From Armatimonadota bacterium (lineage in GTDB: Bacteria; Armatimonadota; UBA5829; DTLH01): a stretch of DNA of 11,767 bases. The translations under genes were made by a program, and so were the position numbers. Under the pieces are notes generated by a model, which worked only from the letters and a program-made list of their open reading frames with translations, ran no database searches and was not told the DNA's origin. The stretch spans positions 1 through 11,767 of the forward strand of contig JBDKSP010000119.1 of assembly GCA_039680575.1 (NCBI GenBank). The letters run 5' to 3'. This document shows, piece by piece, positions 1-7,839 of this stretch (its first letter is position 1; each line of letters starts with the position of its first letter).

Positions 1-35
1 GCCAATACTGTTAAACTATGCTTCGACGGGTTCAT
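1..35 (-). CDS. Possible 5' end of a CDS running off the left edge (MNPSKHSLTVL...)
   Basis: On the minus strand, AAGGA lies 8 nt before an ATG at 35 and the frame is open to the window edge. Only 11 codons are visible, so no product can be assigned. Confidence 0.3.
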   Translation of the reverse strand, partial: MNPSKHSLTVL

Positions 36-123
36 TGTCCATATCCTTTGCTTTTTTGTCGAAACTAAGGATACCGTGAATCCGTCATTCTTTTCAAATC
101 CTCTTATATCTGTGGGACGGTAG

Positions 124-197
124 TGAACTTGACTCAGCATCCAGGAAGAAAATGGACCCTGAATCTGTGATGACGTGCTGGTTATTCAGGATGACAT
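124..197 (+). repeat. Decayed internal fragment of the family-1 (IS66-type ends) miniature element
   Basis: cttgactcagcatccaggaagaaaatggaccctgaatct (128-166) is identical to the copy at 11597 and to the reverse complement of the copy at 5390. It is joined to tgatgacgtgctggtt.ttcagg.tga, which matches the far part of the 5390-5634 copy. No GTAA termini or target duplication are recognisable. Confidence 0.85.
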
Positions 198-212
198 AGC
201 ATTATGAATTAA

Positions 213-237
213 GCTAACTGACTATGGAGTAGTTAGC
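213..237 (-). terminator. Possible hairpin terminator downstream of the GH78 gene
   Basis: gctaactgact-atgg-agtagttagc forms a 10-bp stem with one bulge, about 24 nt after the stop at 261. The U-tract on the minus strand is weak (ttaatt). Confidence 0.3.
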
Positions 238-260
238 CGCTATCTCATCATCTTATATGC

Positions 261-3074
261 TTATTCTACATCGCCATTTATGGTAACTTGCCCTTCTCTT
301 GGCAGGTTTACCTTCAGCTCCAAATCTTTCGGCGCGTTTATGCTGATCTCGAAAGGTTTACCCGGTTCGTTCTGCCACTGGACTTCCACATCTCCTTTGG
401 ATGTTGGCATGGTTCCCCTGCACCATGTGAGGTCGCCGGGATGAGGTTCGATGACCGCCGGAGAGAACCCAGGCCCACCGGGTTTTACTCCAAGTACATA
501 AGTCGAGAGGAAATATGTCGGCGCGGCGGACCAACCGTGGCAGTGGCTCCGGGTCAACCTTCCGCCAGGTCCTACGCCTGACCATGCCTCCCAGAATGTC
601 GAAGCGCCCATTGCGACCATAAATCCCCAGTCTTTCCGAATGGTATCGAGGAACTCCTGCACCCTGTTTTCATCCTGGAACGCTTCCAGCAGGAAGAACT
701 CGAAGAAGGGACTTCCGGCTTTCACGAAACCCTCCGGCGGGTTGTGCATAATATCCCGGCATCGGACGGCTCTTTTCCTCTCCGCTGCCCCGGAAAGATA
801 AGCAGCGGTCTGCGTCTGCTGGCTGAACACGGAACTCTGCACGTCTCCCCGCATGCAGTCCGTGTAGGCGGCTTTTTCATCGTTCCAGAGATGAGCATTT
901 ATCGCTTTGCTCAGTTTTTTAGCTTCCGCGCGCCAGGCGTCGCCGTCTTTTACGCCCAGCATGTCCGCAAGCTCCGCCCCGTCGTTTAGTGCAAGGACCG
1001 CAAAGCAGTTCAGGTGAGTCACTATGCCGAGAGAGGGAGTGTCCATAGCTGCCCAGTCGAACATATTCCATCCACGGATGTTGATAAGCCCGTTTTCGCC
1101 TATGTAGCTCAGCATTCCGTCGATGTTCTGCTTCACGTAGTCCAGAAGTTTCCGGCTGCGGGGCTCGTCCCCCGTAAACAGGAAATATTCCCGGCAGGAG
1201 CGCATCCATAGGAAGCTCCACACCGGCAGGATGTTGATCCACGCAGCCGGGACATTGGACTCCGTGATTTTCGACCGCTCGAGGCTTCGCCCGGTCTGCT
1301 CAAGACACCGGTACCAGAGCCTAGGATCGCCGTTTATCACCCAGTCGATCAGGGCTTCGTTTCTCGCATCGCCGACCCAGTTGGTCTGCTCATAAGTGGG
1401 GCAGTCCGTATAAGTGTCTTCGGCGCAGCACCGGAGCGTATGCGCGCCGACCTCCCAAATTCTATCAAGGAGCGAATCCGAACACGTGAAACTGCCTCTC
1501 CCGCTCTGCGGGTATGTGCTCATGAGCACCTGAACGCCTTTCAGCTTCACAGGCTGCTTCATGTTCCTGAATATAATAAAACTGTACTGGAAACCCCGGC
1601 GCTGGTTGGTCTGATACACCTGCCGGCCATCGCGGCAGACGTAGCGGAAGCTGTTGTTCATCCCCTCGGCCAAGTTCTTGCGCCCGTCCGGCTGGATGAA
1701 CTCAAAATTGTGGAAATCGACTATCGTACCGCCCTCCGCGGCGATCTCGAACCTGTGGTAGCCGATGACCTCTTTTCCAAAGTCGAGGAGGATGCGGACA
1801 TCGTTACCGTTCGGGTCGGGATATATGGTGGTCCAACCGTTTCCTGAGATCAGACAATCATTTTCCTCGATTTTGACGTCTCCGCCGGTGATTTTGTCTG
1901 TGTATGCCTGGAAGAAGACGTTAGTCTGTGGCTGATGCACCTCATCGACCAGTTGAAAGAACGGCTTTCCAACGACGGAAGAGACATCACCGCTCTCCCA
2001 GAAAGCAAGTCCGGTCTCACAACTCGGGTCGGCAGGGTTAACGGCTATGTATGAGTCGCCCATGTCGTATTTGATGTTTTTCAGGTCTCCGTCCGTCAGG
2101 CCGAAAGGACCCACTACCGCCCATTCGGGACCGTTTTCTTTCCCGGTGCAGTTGAAACGGAGTCCCTCCGGCCCATCGAAGCACAGTATCATTTCCGGAC
2201 AGTGGCCGCCGTTTATTCTGATAACCAGGCTGTTCCAGCCCGATTTCAACTTCAAAATATCCTGTTCTGCCAAGACACCATTCACTTTGACGCGGCTCAT
2301 CGCGTTGTACACGAAGGCAGCTTTGATCTCGACTTCCACCGGGCTCCATATCTGGGTAACCAGGTACGCATGGTCGTAGATAACGTTCGACGACACATCT
2401 CCGGGTACGATATATGGCTTTGTAGATACAGTAAATATATATGGAATTGAGGTCACACAGTCGCTTTCGACGAGTCTTTTGGGCAGGACCGGCTCCATCG
2501 TGAGGAATGGGATCTCTCGCTCTTCCAGAACACCGTGGAAACCGTCTATTGCAGGTCTGAGTTCGGCAGCTTTTGGCCAGTTTCGGTCGTTATAGTCCGG
2601 CTTTGTCCATCCATCGTCAAATCGGGCATCGAATTGTTCCTCGAAACCCTCCTGACTGTCAATCCTGGGAACTGACGAGAAAAATGCCTTGTCCGGCGTG
2701 GCAAGCCAGCCGGAATCGGTGGCAGTTGTGTCTTCCGAAGTCTCTATCTCTGCCAGAAGCCCTTTCGGAGCAGGGATATACTGGAAATTTCCTTCACCAA
2801 GATGGTTCACAAGCACTGCCACGGTATTACTGCCCTGCTTCAGGTGCGGTTCGAGGTCGTATTCATCATAGCGCCAGTGCGCAGGCCATTCTCTCACAGG
2901 TCCCTGTCCGATGTACTCGCCGTTTATATAAAGGACATATCTCGAGTCCGCCGTGATTCGGATCACGGCAGGTCCGCCGCTGTAGTTGAAAGTCCGCCTG
3001 AACCTCGCGAACGCATTTCTGTCTTCCGTTTTATCACCGGTCCATATCCATGAACCGCTCCATTTCAGTGCCAT
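261..3074 (-). CDS. Glycoside hydrolase family 78 (alpha-L-rhamnosidase-like), probably cytoplasmic, 937 aa
   Basis: GH78 motifs are present: N-terminal FRRTF...ITADSRYVLYING, LDFGKEVIG, F.CSD.LL.RIW, DCPTYEQ..W.GD, GASTFWE, SHCHGWS and LGVKP..PGF. RBS GGAGGA sits just upstream of the ATG. No signal peptide is visible. Confidence 0.9.
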   Translation of the reverse strand: MALKWSGSWIWTGDKTEDRNAFARFRRTFNYSGGPAVIRITADSRYVLYINGEYIGQGPVREWPAHWRYDEYDLEPHLKQGSNTVAVLVNHLGEGNFQYIPAPKGLLAEIETSEDTTATDSGWLATPDKAFFSSVPRIDSQEGFEEQFDARFDDGWTKPDYNDRNWPKAAELRPAIDGFHGVLEEREIPFLTMEPVLPKRLVESDCVTSIPYIFTVSTKPYIVPGDVSSNVIYDHAYLVTQIWSPVEVEIKAAFVYNAMSRVKVNGVLAEQDILKLKSGWNSLVIRINGGHCPEMILCFDGPEGLRFNCTGKENGPEWAVVGPFGLTDGDLKNIKYDMGDSYIAVNPADPSCETGLAFWESGDVSSVVGKPFFQLVDEVHQPQTNVFFQAYTDKITGGDVKIEENDCLISGNGWTTIYPDPNGNDVRILLDFGKEVIGYHRFEIAAEGGTIVDFHNFEFIQPDGRKNLAEGMNNSFRYVCRDGRQVYQTNQRRGFQYSFIIFRNMKQPVKLKGVQVLMSTYPQSGRGSFTCSDSLLDRIWEVGAHTLRCCAEDTYTDCPTYEQTNWVGDARNEALIDWVINGDPRLWYRCLEQTGRSLERSKITESNVPAAWINILPVWSFLWMRSCREYFLFTGDEPRSRKLLDYVKQNIDGMLSYIGENGLINIRGWNMFDWAAMDTPSLGIVTHLNCFAVLALNDGAELADMLGVKDGDAWRAEAKKLSKAINAHLWNDEKAAYTDCMRGDVQSSVFSQQTQTAAYLSGAAERKRAVRCRDIMHNPPEGFVKAGSPFFEFFLLEAFQDENRVQEFLDTIRKDWGFMVAMGASTFWEAWSGVGPGGRLTRSHCHGWSAAPTYFLSTYVLGVKPGGPGFSPAVIEPHPGDLTWCRGTMPTSKGDVEVQWQNEPGKPFEISINAPKDLELKVNLPREGQVTINGDVE

Positions 3075-3110
3075 TAGTTCCTCCGCAGCACACTCCTCAG
3101 TTTATTAGTC

Positions 3111-3116
3111 ATTATA
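3111..3116 (-). promoter_or_regulatory. Candidate -10 element (TATAAT) for the GH78 gene
   Basis: Perfect TATAAT on the minus strand, about 37 nt upstream of the start codon. No good -35 at 17-bp spacing. Confidence 0.4.
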
Positions 3117-3166
3117 CAGTACGATACATCAAAATTTATGGTTCGCCCTTAATAAAATGCGCCGCT

Positions 3167-3181
3167 ATGAAATTATTTCAT
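3167..3181. promoter_or_regulatory. Perfect 7-1-7 inverted repeat, candidate operator
   Basis: ATGAAAT-T-ATTTCAT lies in the divergent intergenic region between the GH78 and membrane protein genes. Confidence 0.35.
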
Positions 3182-3191
3182 GAATGCTATT

Positions 3192-3242
3192 GAGTTTGGC
3201 GGTTGATGTAACGGGTAAGCAATATCATTTCAGCCAAAACTC
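3192..3242. mobile_element. Family-2 miniature inverted-repeat element, copy 1
   Basis: GAGTTTGGC...GCCAAAACTC. It matches the reverse complement of 5307-5358 at 46 of 52 positions (5 substitutions, 1 indel by manual alignment). Confidence 0.65.
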
Positions 3243-3298
3243 TTCAGCTCATCTGCATTCCGTTACCGGAAATTTCAATGTTTATTAGGGTGCAATCA

Positions 3299-3307
3299 TG
3301 ATACAAT
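3299..3307 (+). promoter_or_regulatory. Candidate extended -10 promoter (TG-A-TACAAT) for the membrane protein gene
   Basis: TGATACAAT ends about 30 nt upstream of the first ATG at 3338. Confidence 0.4.
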
Positions 3308-3337
3308 GCAAATGAGGATTAATCCCTGCAGAAAACA

Positions 3338-5305
3338 ATGATGTTAATGACAGAGAGGACTCAGCATAAATCAAGGCGTAGTGGCACCAGCCTGCGCGCT
3401 ATTCTCCTGGCACTGATTCTAATACCGATCAATATATACTGGATAACGGTTATAGAAGTCAGGTGGTACGCACTCGACGGCACGTGCCTGCCGATTTTCG
3501 TCACCCCGATATTCATCCTCTTCGTTCTGGCTCTGGCAAACTTGTCGATCAGACAGATGTTCCCGCGTTTCGCCCTGGAACAGGGCGAACTACTTGTGAT
3601 CTATATCATGATTGTAACGGGTTCGGTCATGGCCTCGCACGACCTGTTCCAGAACCTGTTCGGAACGATAGCTCACCCGGCGCGGATGGCGACTCCGTCC
3701 AATGGCTGGCAGAAGCTGTGGTTCAAATACCTGCCTTCCGACCTGTTTGTCTTCGACCCCAAAGCAGTCAAAGGGTTTTACGAAGGAGGAGTGAACCCTT
3801 TGAGATGGGAAATACTCCAGTACTGGATAAGGCCCCTTTCCCTCTGGGCACTCTTGATGATCGTGATGATGTCGATCATGATGTCGATCAACATTCTCAT
3901 CCGAAAGCAGTGGACAGAGAACGAAAAACTGACATTTCCCCTTGTCCGGCTGCCGCTTGCCATGACTGATGCGGACAGCAAGGAGAAGTTCTACAAGAAC
4001 AGGATGATGTGGATCGGGTTTACGATCCCCGTTATTATAGGCATTATCAACGGAATACATGTCTTCTACCCGTCATGGCCGCAGATTCAGGGGATAAAGA
4101 TGTTCAGCCTCACACCGTATATCACGACACGTCCATGGAGCGCGGCAACAGTGGGTGGAGCGGGGCTCAGCATCTCGATGTACCCATTCATCATCGGGCT
4201 GGTGTATTTCATCCCGCTCGATCTGTCTTTCTCCTGCTGGTTTTTCTATGTTGCAAGGAAGCTCTGGCAGGTGGTGGGAGCTGCGCAGGGATGGGACAGC
4301 GTAGCAGGGACATTTCCTTACTTCGATGAGCAATCAGCCGGCGCATGGATCACCCTTGGCATATTGGTAGCCTGGGGGACCAGGCGGCATATAGTGTCGC
4401 TCTGGAAGTCCGCATGGCGCAAAGATACGGGTGATTCCGTGGTTGATAACGAAGCGAAGATCGACCGCGCGGCATTCATTACCATCGGCCTTGGGATGCT
4501 GTTTCTGATGTTTTTCTCGGACTACCTTGGGCTATCCCGGTGGGTGGCGTTCCTGTTTTTCGCTATTTATTTCATCCTCGCCATCGCGATCACGAGGGTC
4601 AGAGCAGAGCTTGGGACACCGCATGAGATCGTGTTCGTAAATCCGGTGAAGATTTTGGTAAGCACCTTCGGCTTGACGGCTATCGGTCCGGCTAACCTGA
4701 CGATCCTCTCCAGCATGTACTGGTTCAACAGGTGCTACAGGAGCCACCCTATGCCGAACCAGCTTGAGTCATTCAAGATGGCCGAAGGAACGAGCATACG
4801 GATGAAGCCGCTTATCGGGGTCATAGCGCTCGCTACAGTTGTCGGTATAATCGCCACTTTCTGGGCAAACCTGCAAGTGACATACAGTGCGGGCGCGCAG
4901 GCGAAGGCTCTCGGCTTCAAGAGCTGGGTAGGAGCGGAATCGTTCGACAGGCTCACATCCTGGATGCAGAAACAGACCCCGCCCGAAGCAGTGCGGATGG
5001 CCTATATGGTGGTTGGCGGTGTAATTGTCTTCGCGCTCCGGGCAGTAAGGGGCTCGTTTATATGGTGGCCGTTCCATCCCGCGGGGTATGCGCTGGCGGT
5101 CAGCTACGCAATGGACTACTTCTGGTTCGCATTCTTCGTAGGCTGGGTAATAAAATCCGTAATCGTCCGGTTTGGCGGCATGAAGCTGCACAACACAGCA
5201 CTGCCGCTTTTCCTCGGGCTCATCCTTGGAGATTTCACCATAGGTTCGATCTGGGCAATCATCGGCCCACTACTGAATGTACAGGCCTACAGGATATTTA
5301 TTTAA
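3338..5305 (+). CDS. Polytopic membrane protein of DUF6785/DUF6784 type (often annotated as a putative peptide transporter, OPT-like), ~655 aa
   Basis: Many hydrophobic segments, with family-like motifs RKQW.E.EKL.FPL, TRVRAELG and C-terminal WWPFHPAGY...GLILGDF. The start is uncertain (ATGs at 3338, 3341, 3347). Confidence 0.75.
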   Translation: MMLMTERTQHKSRRSGTSLRAILLALILIPINIYWITVIEVRWYALDGTCLPIFVTPIFILFVLALANLSIRQMFPRFALEQGELLVIYIMIVTGSVMASHDLFQNLFGTIAHPARMATPSNGWQKLWFKYLPSDLFVFDPKAVKGFYEGGVNPLRWEILQYWIRPLSLWALLMIVMMSIMMSINILIRKQWTENEKLTFPLVRLPLAMTDADSKEKFYKNRMMWIGFTIPVIIGIINGIHVFYPSWPQIQGIKMFSLTPYITTRPWSAATVGGAGLSISMYPFIIGLVYFIPLDLSFSCWFFYVARKLWQVVGAAQGWDSVAGTFPYFDEQSAGAWITLGILVAWGTRRHIVSLWKSAWRKDTGDSVVDNEAKIDRAAFITIGLGMLFLMFFSDYLGLSRWVAFLFFAIYFILAIAITRVRAELGTPHEIVFVNPVKILVSTFGLTAIGPANLTILSSMYWFNRCYRSHPMPNQLESFKMAEGTSIRMKPLIGVIALATVVGIIATFWANLQVTYSAGAQAKALGFKSWVGAESFDRLTSWMQKQTPPEAVRMAYMVVGGVIVFALRAVRGSFIWWPFHPAGYALAVSYAMDYFWFAFFVGWVIKSVIVRFGGMKLHNTALPLFLGLILGDFTIGSIWAIIGPLLNVQAYRIFI

Positions 5306-5306
5306 A

Positions 5307-5358
5307 GAGTTTTGGCTGAAAAGATATTTATTACTCGTTACATCAACTGCCAAAACTC
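5307..5358. mobile_element. Family-2 miniature inverted-repeat element, copy 2
   Basis: (A)GAGTTTTGGC...GCCAAAACTC(T) is a perfect 11-bp inverted repeat abutting the stop codon of the membrane protein gene. TA occurs at 5303-5304 and 5361-5362. Confidence 0.65.
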
Positions 5359-5389
5359 TGTAGGCGAGAAGGATCCAGGGATAATCTTA

Positions 5390-5634
5390 GTAACAGTTCA
5401 CTCTAAATGAGAATTATACATCACCCTGAACAACCAGCACGTCATCATGGAGGAAGGACGTCACCCTGAACTAAGGAGTTTCAGGTATTACCTGAAACTC
5501 TCCCGGAAGATTATCGGCTATAGCCGATAATCCATAGATTCAGGGTCCATTTTCTTCCTGGATGCTGAGTCAAGCTCAGCATGACGTTGTGATAATTCAG
5601 CATGATGTTGTACTCATCAACTCTGAACTCTTAC
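5390..5634 (-). mobile_element. Family-1 non-autonomous miniature element (MITE) with IS66-type ends, long form, 245 bp
   Basis: Ends GTAACAGTTCA / TGAACTCTTAC are inverted (10/11). Exact 8-bp direct repeats TAATCTTA flank it at 5382-5389 and 5635-5642. It contains internal CGTC-REP hairpins and no transposase ORF. Confidence 0.9.
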
Positions 5635-5663
5635 TAATCTTATCCCACACTCCTTTTTTTCTG

Positions 5664-6749
5664 TCACCTGTTCCCTAAAAATACAAACAACTCATCCACC
5701 CGATGAGCGCATGTATGCTTTTCAAGTATGGTCTTGAGCCCATGCGCTTTTATCTCTGCAGCAGTTTCTTTGTCATGAAGGAGTGTCCTCAGATGCCGTT
5801 TCATCTCGCTGCCGTTCGACGCCATTAAGAAGTCTTCGCCGGGGGTAAAGAGCCTTTCGACATCATCCCAGAATGCCGAAACGAGCGGAATCCCGCACGC
5901 TAATGCCTCGAATACCCTTATCGTGGGAATCCCTGGTAAAGCCTCGGCGTACGGGCGGCGAGGAACATGCACCGTTACCCGGTATCCGGCAAATACGGCA
6001 GGGACATCATAGTTCGGCAGCCATCCGCCGTAATTGATCCCCGCCGTAGCGAGTATCCTCTTGCTGTAATCGGGATAGCAGACTCCGTGCGCCTGCGCTT
6101 TCAGGCAAAGCGACTTCACCGGCTCTATCAGAAACTCCTGAAGCTCCGCAGTCCGCTCGCCGTCACCCCAGTTGCCTATCCAGACCAGGTCTCCCTGCCG
6201 GGACACCTTCTCGACGGGACGAAACACTCTGGTGTCAGCAGCCTCATGCCAGGTCCATACCTTTTCAGCCCAACCATTCGAAAGGTAGATGTCTCGGATC
6301 ACTTCACCGAACACCAGGACGCCGTCGTAGTTCGACAGGTCGTACGCGGCCATACTCTCCGGGTCGGTAACCGAGCGATGGTGCGTATCATGGAAGAAAA
6401 GTCTGTAACTTCCTCCACCTGCATGGTGTTTCCCGATACGGCGCACGAGGTCATGATCGTTCCATTCGTGGACAATCACTACATCCGCCCAATCGAGCAC
6501 CTCACCCAGATCAAGTGTAGCTGGATTGTATTTAATGCTTTCGAGCCCCGGATACACCGAATGAAAACGCTTAATCGGAGCTTCACCGTATTCAGCAACG
6601 AGGTTTTTGAGGCTCCATCCATCTTCCGGCTCATATACACGGACATCGTGACCACGAGAGAGGAGTTCACTCACTATGCCGCGCAGAAAATGCGCGTTAC
6701 CGTGGTTCCAGTCCGACACAAGCGAATGGTAGAACATTACAAAGCGCAA
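5664..6749 (-). CDS. CgeB-family glycosyltransferase (GT-B fold), 361 aa
   Basis: Motifs FYHSLVSDWNHGNAHFLRG, FHDTHHR, WHEAAD, WIGNWGD.ER, IPTIRVFEALACGIPL and HTCAHRVDEL. TTG start with RBS GGAGGGAG at 6754-6761. Confidence 0.85.
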   Translation of the reverse strand: MRFVMFYHSLVSDWNHGNAHFLRGIVSELLSRGHDVRVYEPEDGWSLKNLVAEYGEAPIKRFHSVYPGLESIKYNPATLDLGEVLDWADVVIVHEWNDHDLVRRIGKHHAGGGSYRLFFHDTHHRSVTDPESMAAYDLSNYDGVLVFGEVIRDIYLSNGWAEKVWTWHEAADTRVFRPVEKVSRQGDLVWIGNWGDGERTAELQEFLIEPVKSLCLKAQAHGVCYPDYSKRILATAGINYGGWLPNYDVPAVFAGYRVTVHVPRRPYAEALPGIPTIRVFEALACGIPLVSAFWDDVERLFTPGEDFLMASNGSEMKRHLRTLLHDKETAAEIKAHGLKTILEKHTCAHRVDELFVFLGNR

Positions 6750-6786
6750 AATACTCCCTCCGTTTCAGGTTCTTTCGCCCAAATCT

Positions 6787-7839
6787 TCATATCGCCATCG
6801 GTGTCGCCGCTGAACAGACCCCTTGCGGTTCCAGCAGCCACTCGTAAAGCTCCCGCACACCTTCCCGGACGTTTACACGAGGCATCCAACCTGTAGCATC
6901 CATGAACTTCCTGGTGCAGGAAACGTAGTAGCGCTGGTCGCCGGGACGCCAGTCGTCCAAACGAAGCGTGGGGCGTTCGCCGCATAGTCCCTCTATGATG
7001 CCGACCAGGTCCAGAAGGCTGATCGTGTTAACCGGACCGCCGCCGATATTAAATACCTGCCCTGCTATAGTCGGCATATTGGCCTGCGCAAGGAGCAGGG
7101 CATTGACGAGGTCATCGACAAAAAGCACATCCCTTACCTGAGAACCATCGCCGTAAATAGTGATCGGCTGGCCTTTTATCGCCCTCATCAGGAAGTGTGC
7201 CACCCACCCCTGGTCCTCTGTCCCAAGCTGGTGAGGACCGTAAATGCAGCTCATCCTGAAAACGACGGTCGGGAGGCCGAAAATTCGGCAGTAATCGAGC
7301 GCATATTGGTCTGCAGCGCCTTTAGAGCATCCGTAAGGACTGTGGAAGTCCAGTCGGTGAGTCTCTTCTACCCCCGATTCGCACAAAAGCGGGTCTACCG
7401 GTTCGTAGCGCGTTCCATTGCGGTGCAATTTGATATCATTCAGCTCCCCGTAGACCTTGTTTGTGGATGTGAAGACGAGCGGTGGAGGGTTCTTCACGCT
7501 CCTAAGCGCTTCGAGCAAGTTGAGAGTCCCCCGAACGTTTACCTCGAAGTCATGGATGGGACTATTAAGGCTTGTGGTTACAGCTACCTGTGCCGCGAAG
7601 TGGAAAACTTCGGAAGATTCCTCCACGGCGCGAAGTAGCGCAAACGAGTCCCGCACATCCGCGAGTTCTATCTGCACCTGCTCGCCGTGTTTGTCTCGCA
7701 GCCACTGCAGGTTCCGTTCCACGCCCGGGCGGGACAGGTTATCAAAAAGCAGCACCGGCCTTCCGGACTCAAGAAGCCGGTTTGCAAGGTTCGTCCCGAT
7801 GAACCCGGCCCCGCCGGTGATTAGGATATGCTTGCTCAT
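6787..7839 (-). CDS. NAD-dependent nucleotide-sugar epimerase/dehydratase (extended SDR, CDP-paratose 2-epimerase-like), ~350 aa
   Basis: Rossmann motif ILITGGAGFIG, plus HFAAQVAVTTS, STNKVYG, catalytic YGCSK (YxxxK), RMSCIYG..Q.G.EDQGWV and WRPGDQ. The start is placed at ATG 7839 (MSKHILITGG) rather than 7887. Confidence 0.88.
   Translation of the reverse strand: MSKHILITGGAGFIGTNLANRLLESGRPVLLFDNLSRPGVERNLQWLRDKHGEQVQIELADVRDSFALLRAVEESSEVFHFAAQVAVTTSLNSPIHDFEVNVRGTLNLLEALRSVKNPPPLVFTSTNKVYGELNDIKLHRNGTRYEPVDPLLCESGVEETHRLDFHSPYGCSKGAADQYALDYCRIFGLPTVVFRMSCIYGPHQLGTEDQGWVAHFLMRAIKGQPITIYGDGSQVRDVLFVDDLVNALLLAQANMPTIAGQVFNIGGGPVNTISLLDLVGIIEGLCGERPTLRLDDWRPGDQRYYVSCTRKFMDATGWMPRVNVREGVRELYEWLLEPQGVCSAATPMAI

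Noticed and set aside
69..90. GGATACCGTGAATCCGTCATTC resembling the AATACC|GTAA left junction and a CGTCATTC REP start
   Set aside because: The match is too short, and the spacing to the 124-197 fragment does not fit the element, so it cannot be separated from chance.
5390..5634. CRISPR array or integron attC interpretation of the palindromic repeats
   Set aside because: There are no regularly spaced identical direct repeats with unique spacers, no RYYYAAC...GTTRRRY attC boundaries, and no cas or integrase gene. Terminal inverted repeats plus target duplications fit a MITE.
5967..6896. 309-aa plus-strand ORF, and the other long antisense ORFs (7457-8080, 8324-8824, 9841-10353, 10552-11400)
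   Set aside because: They are antisense shadows of well-supported genes in GC-rich coding DNA and have no recognisable motifs.
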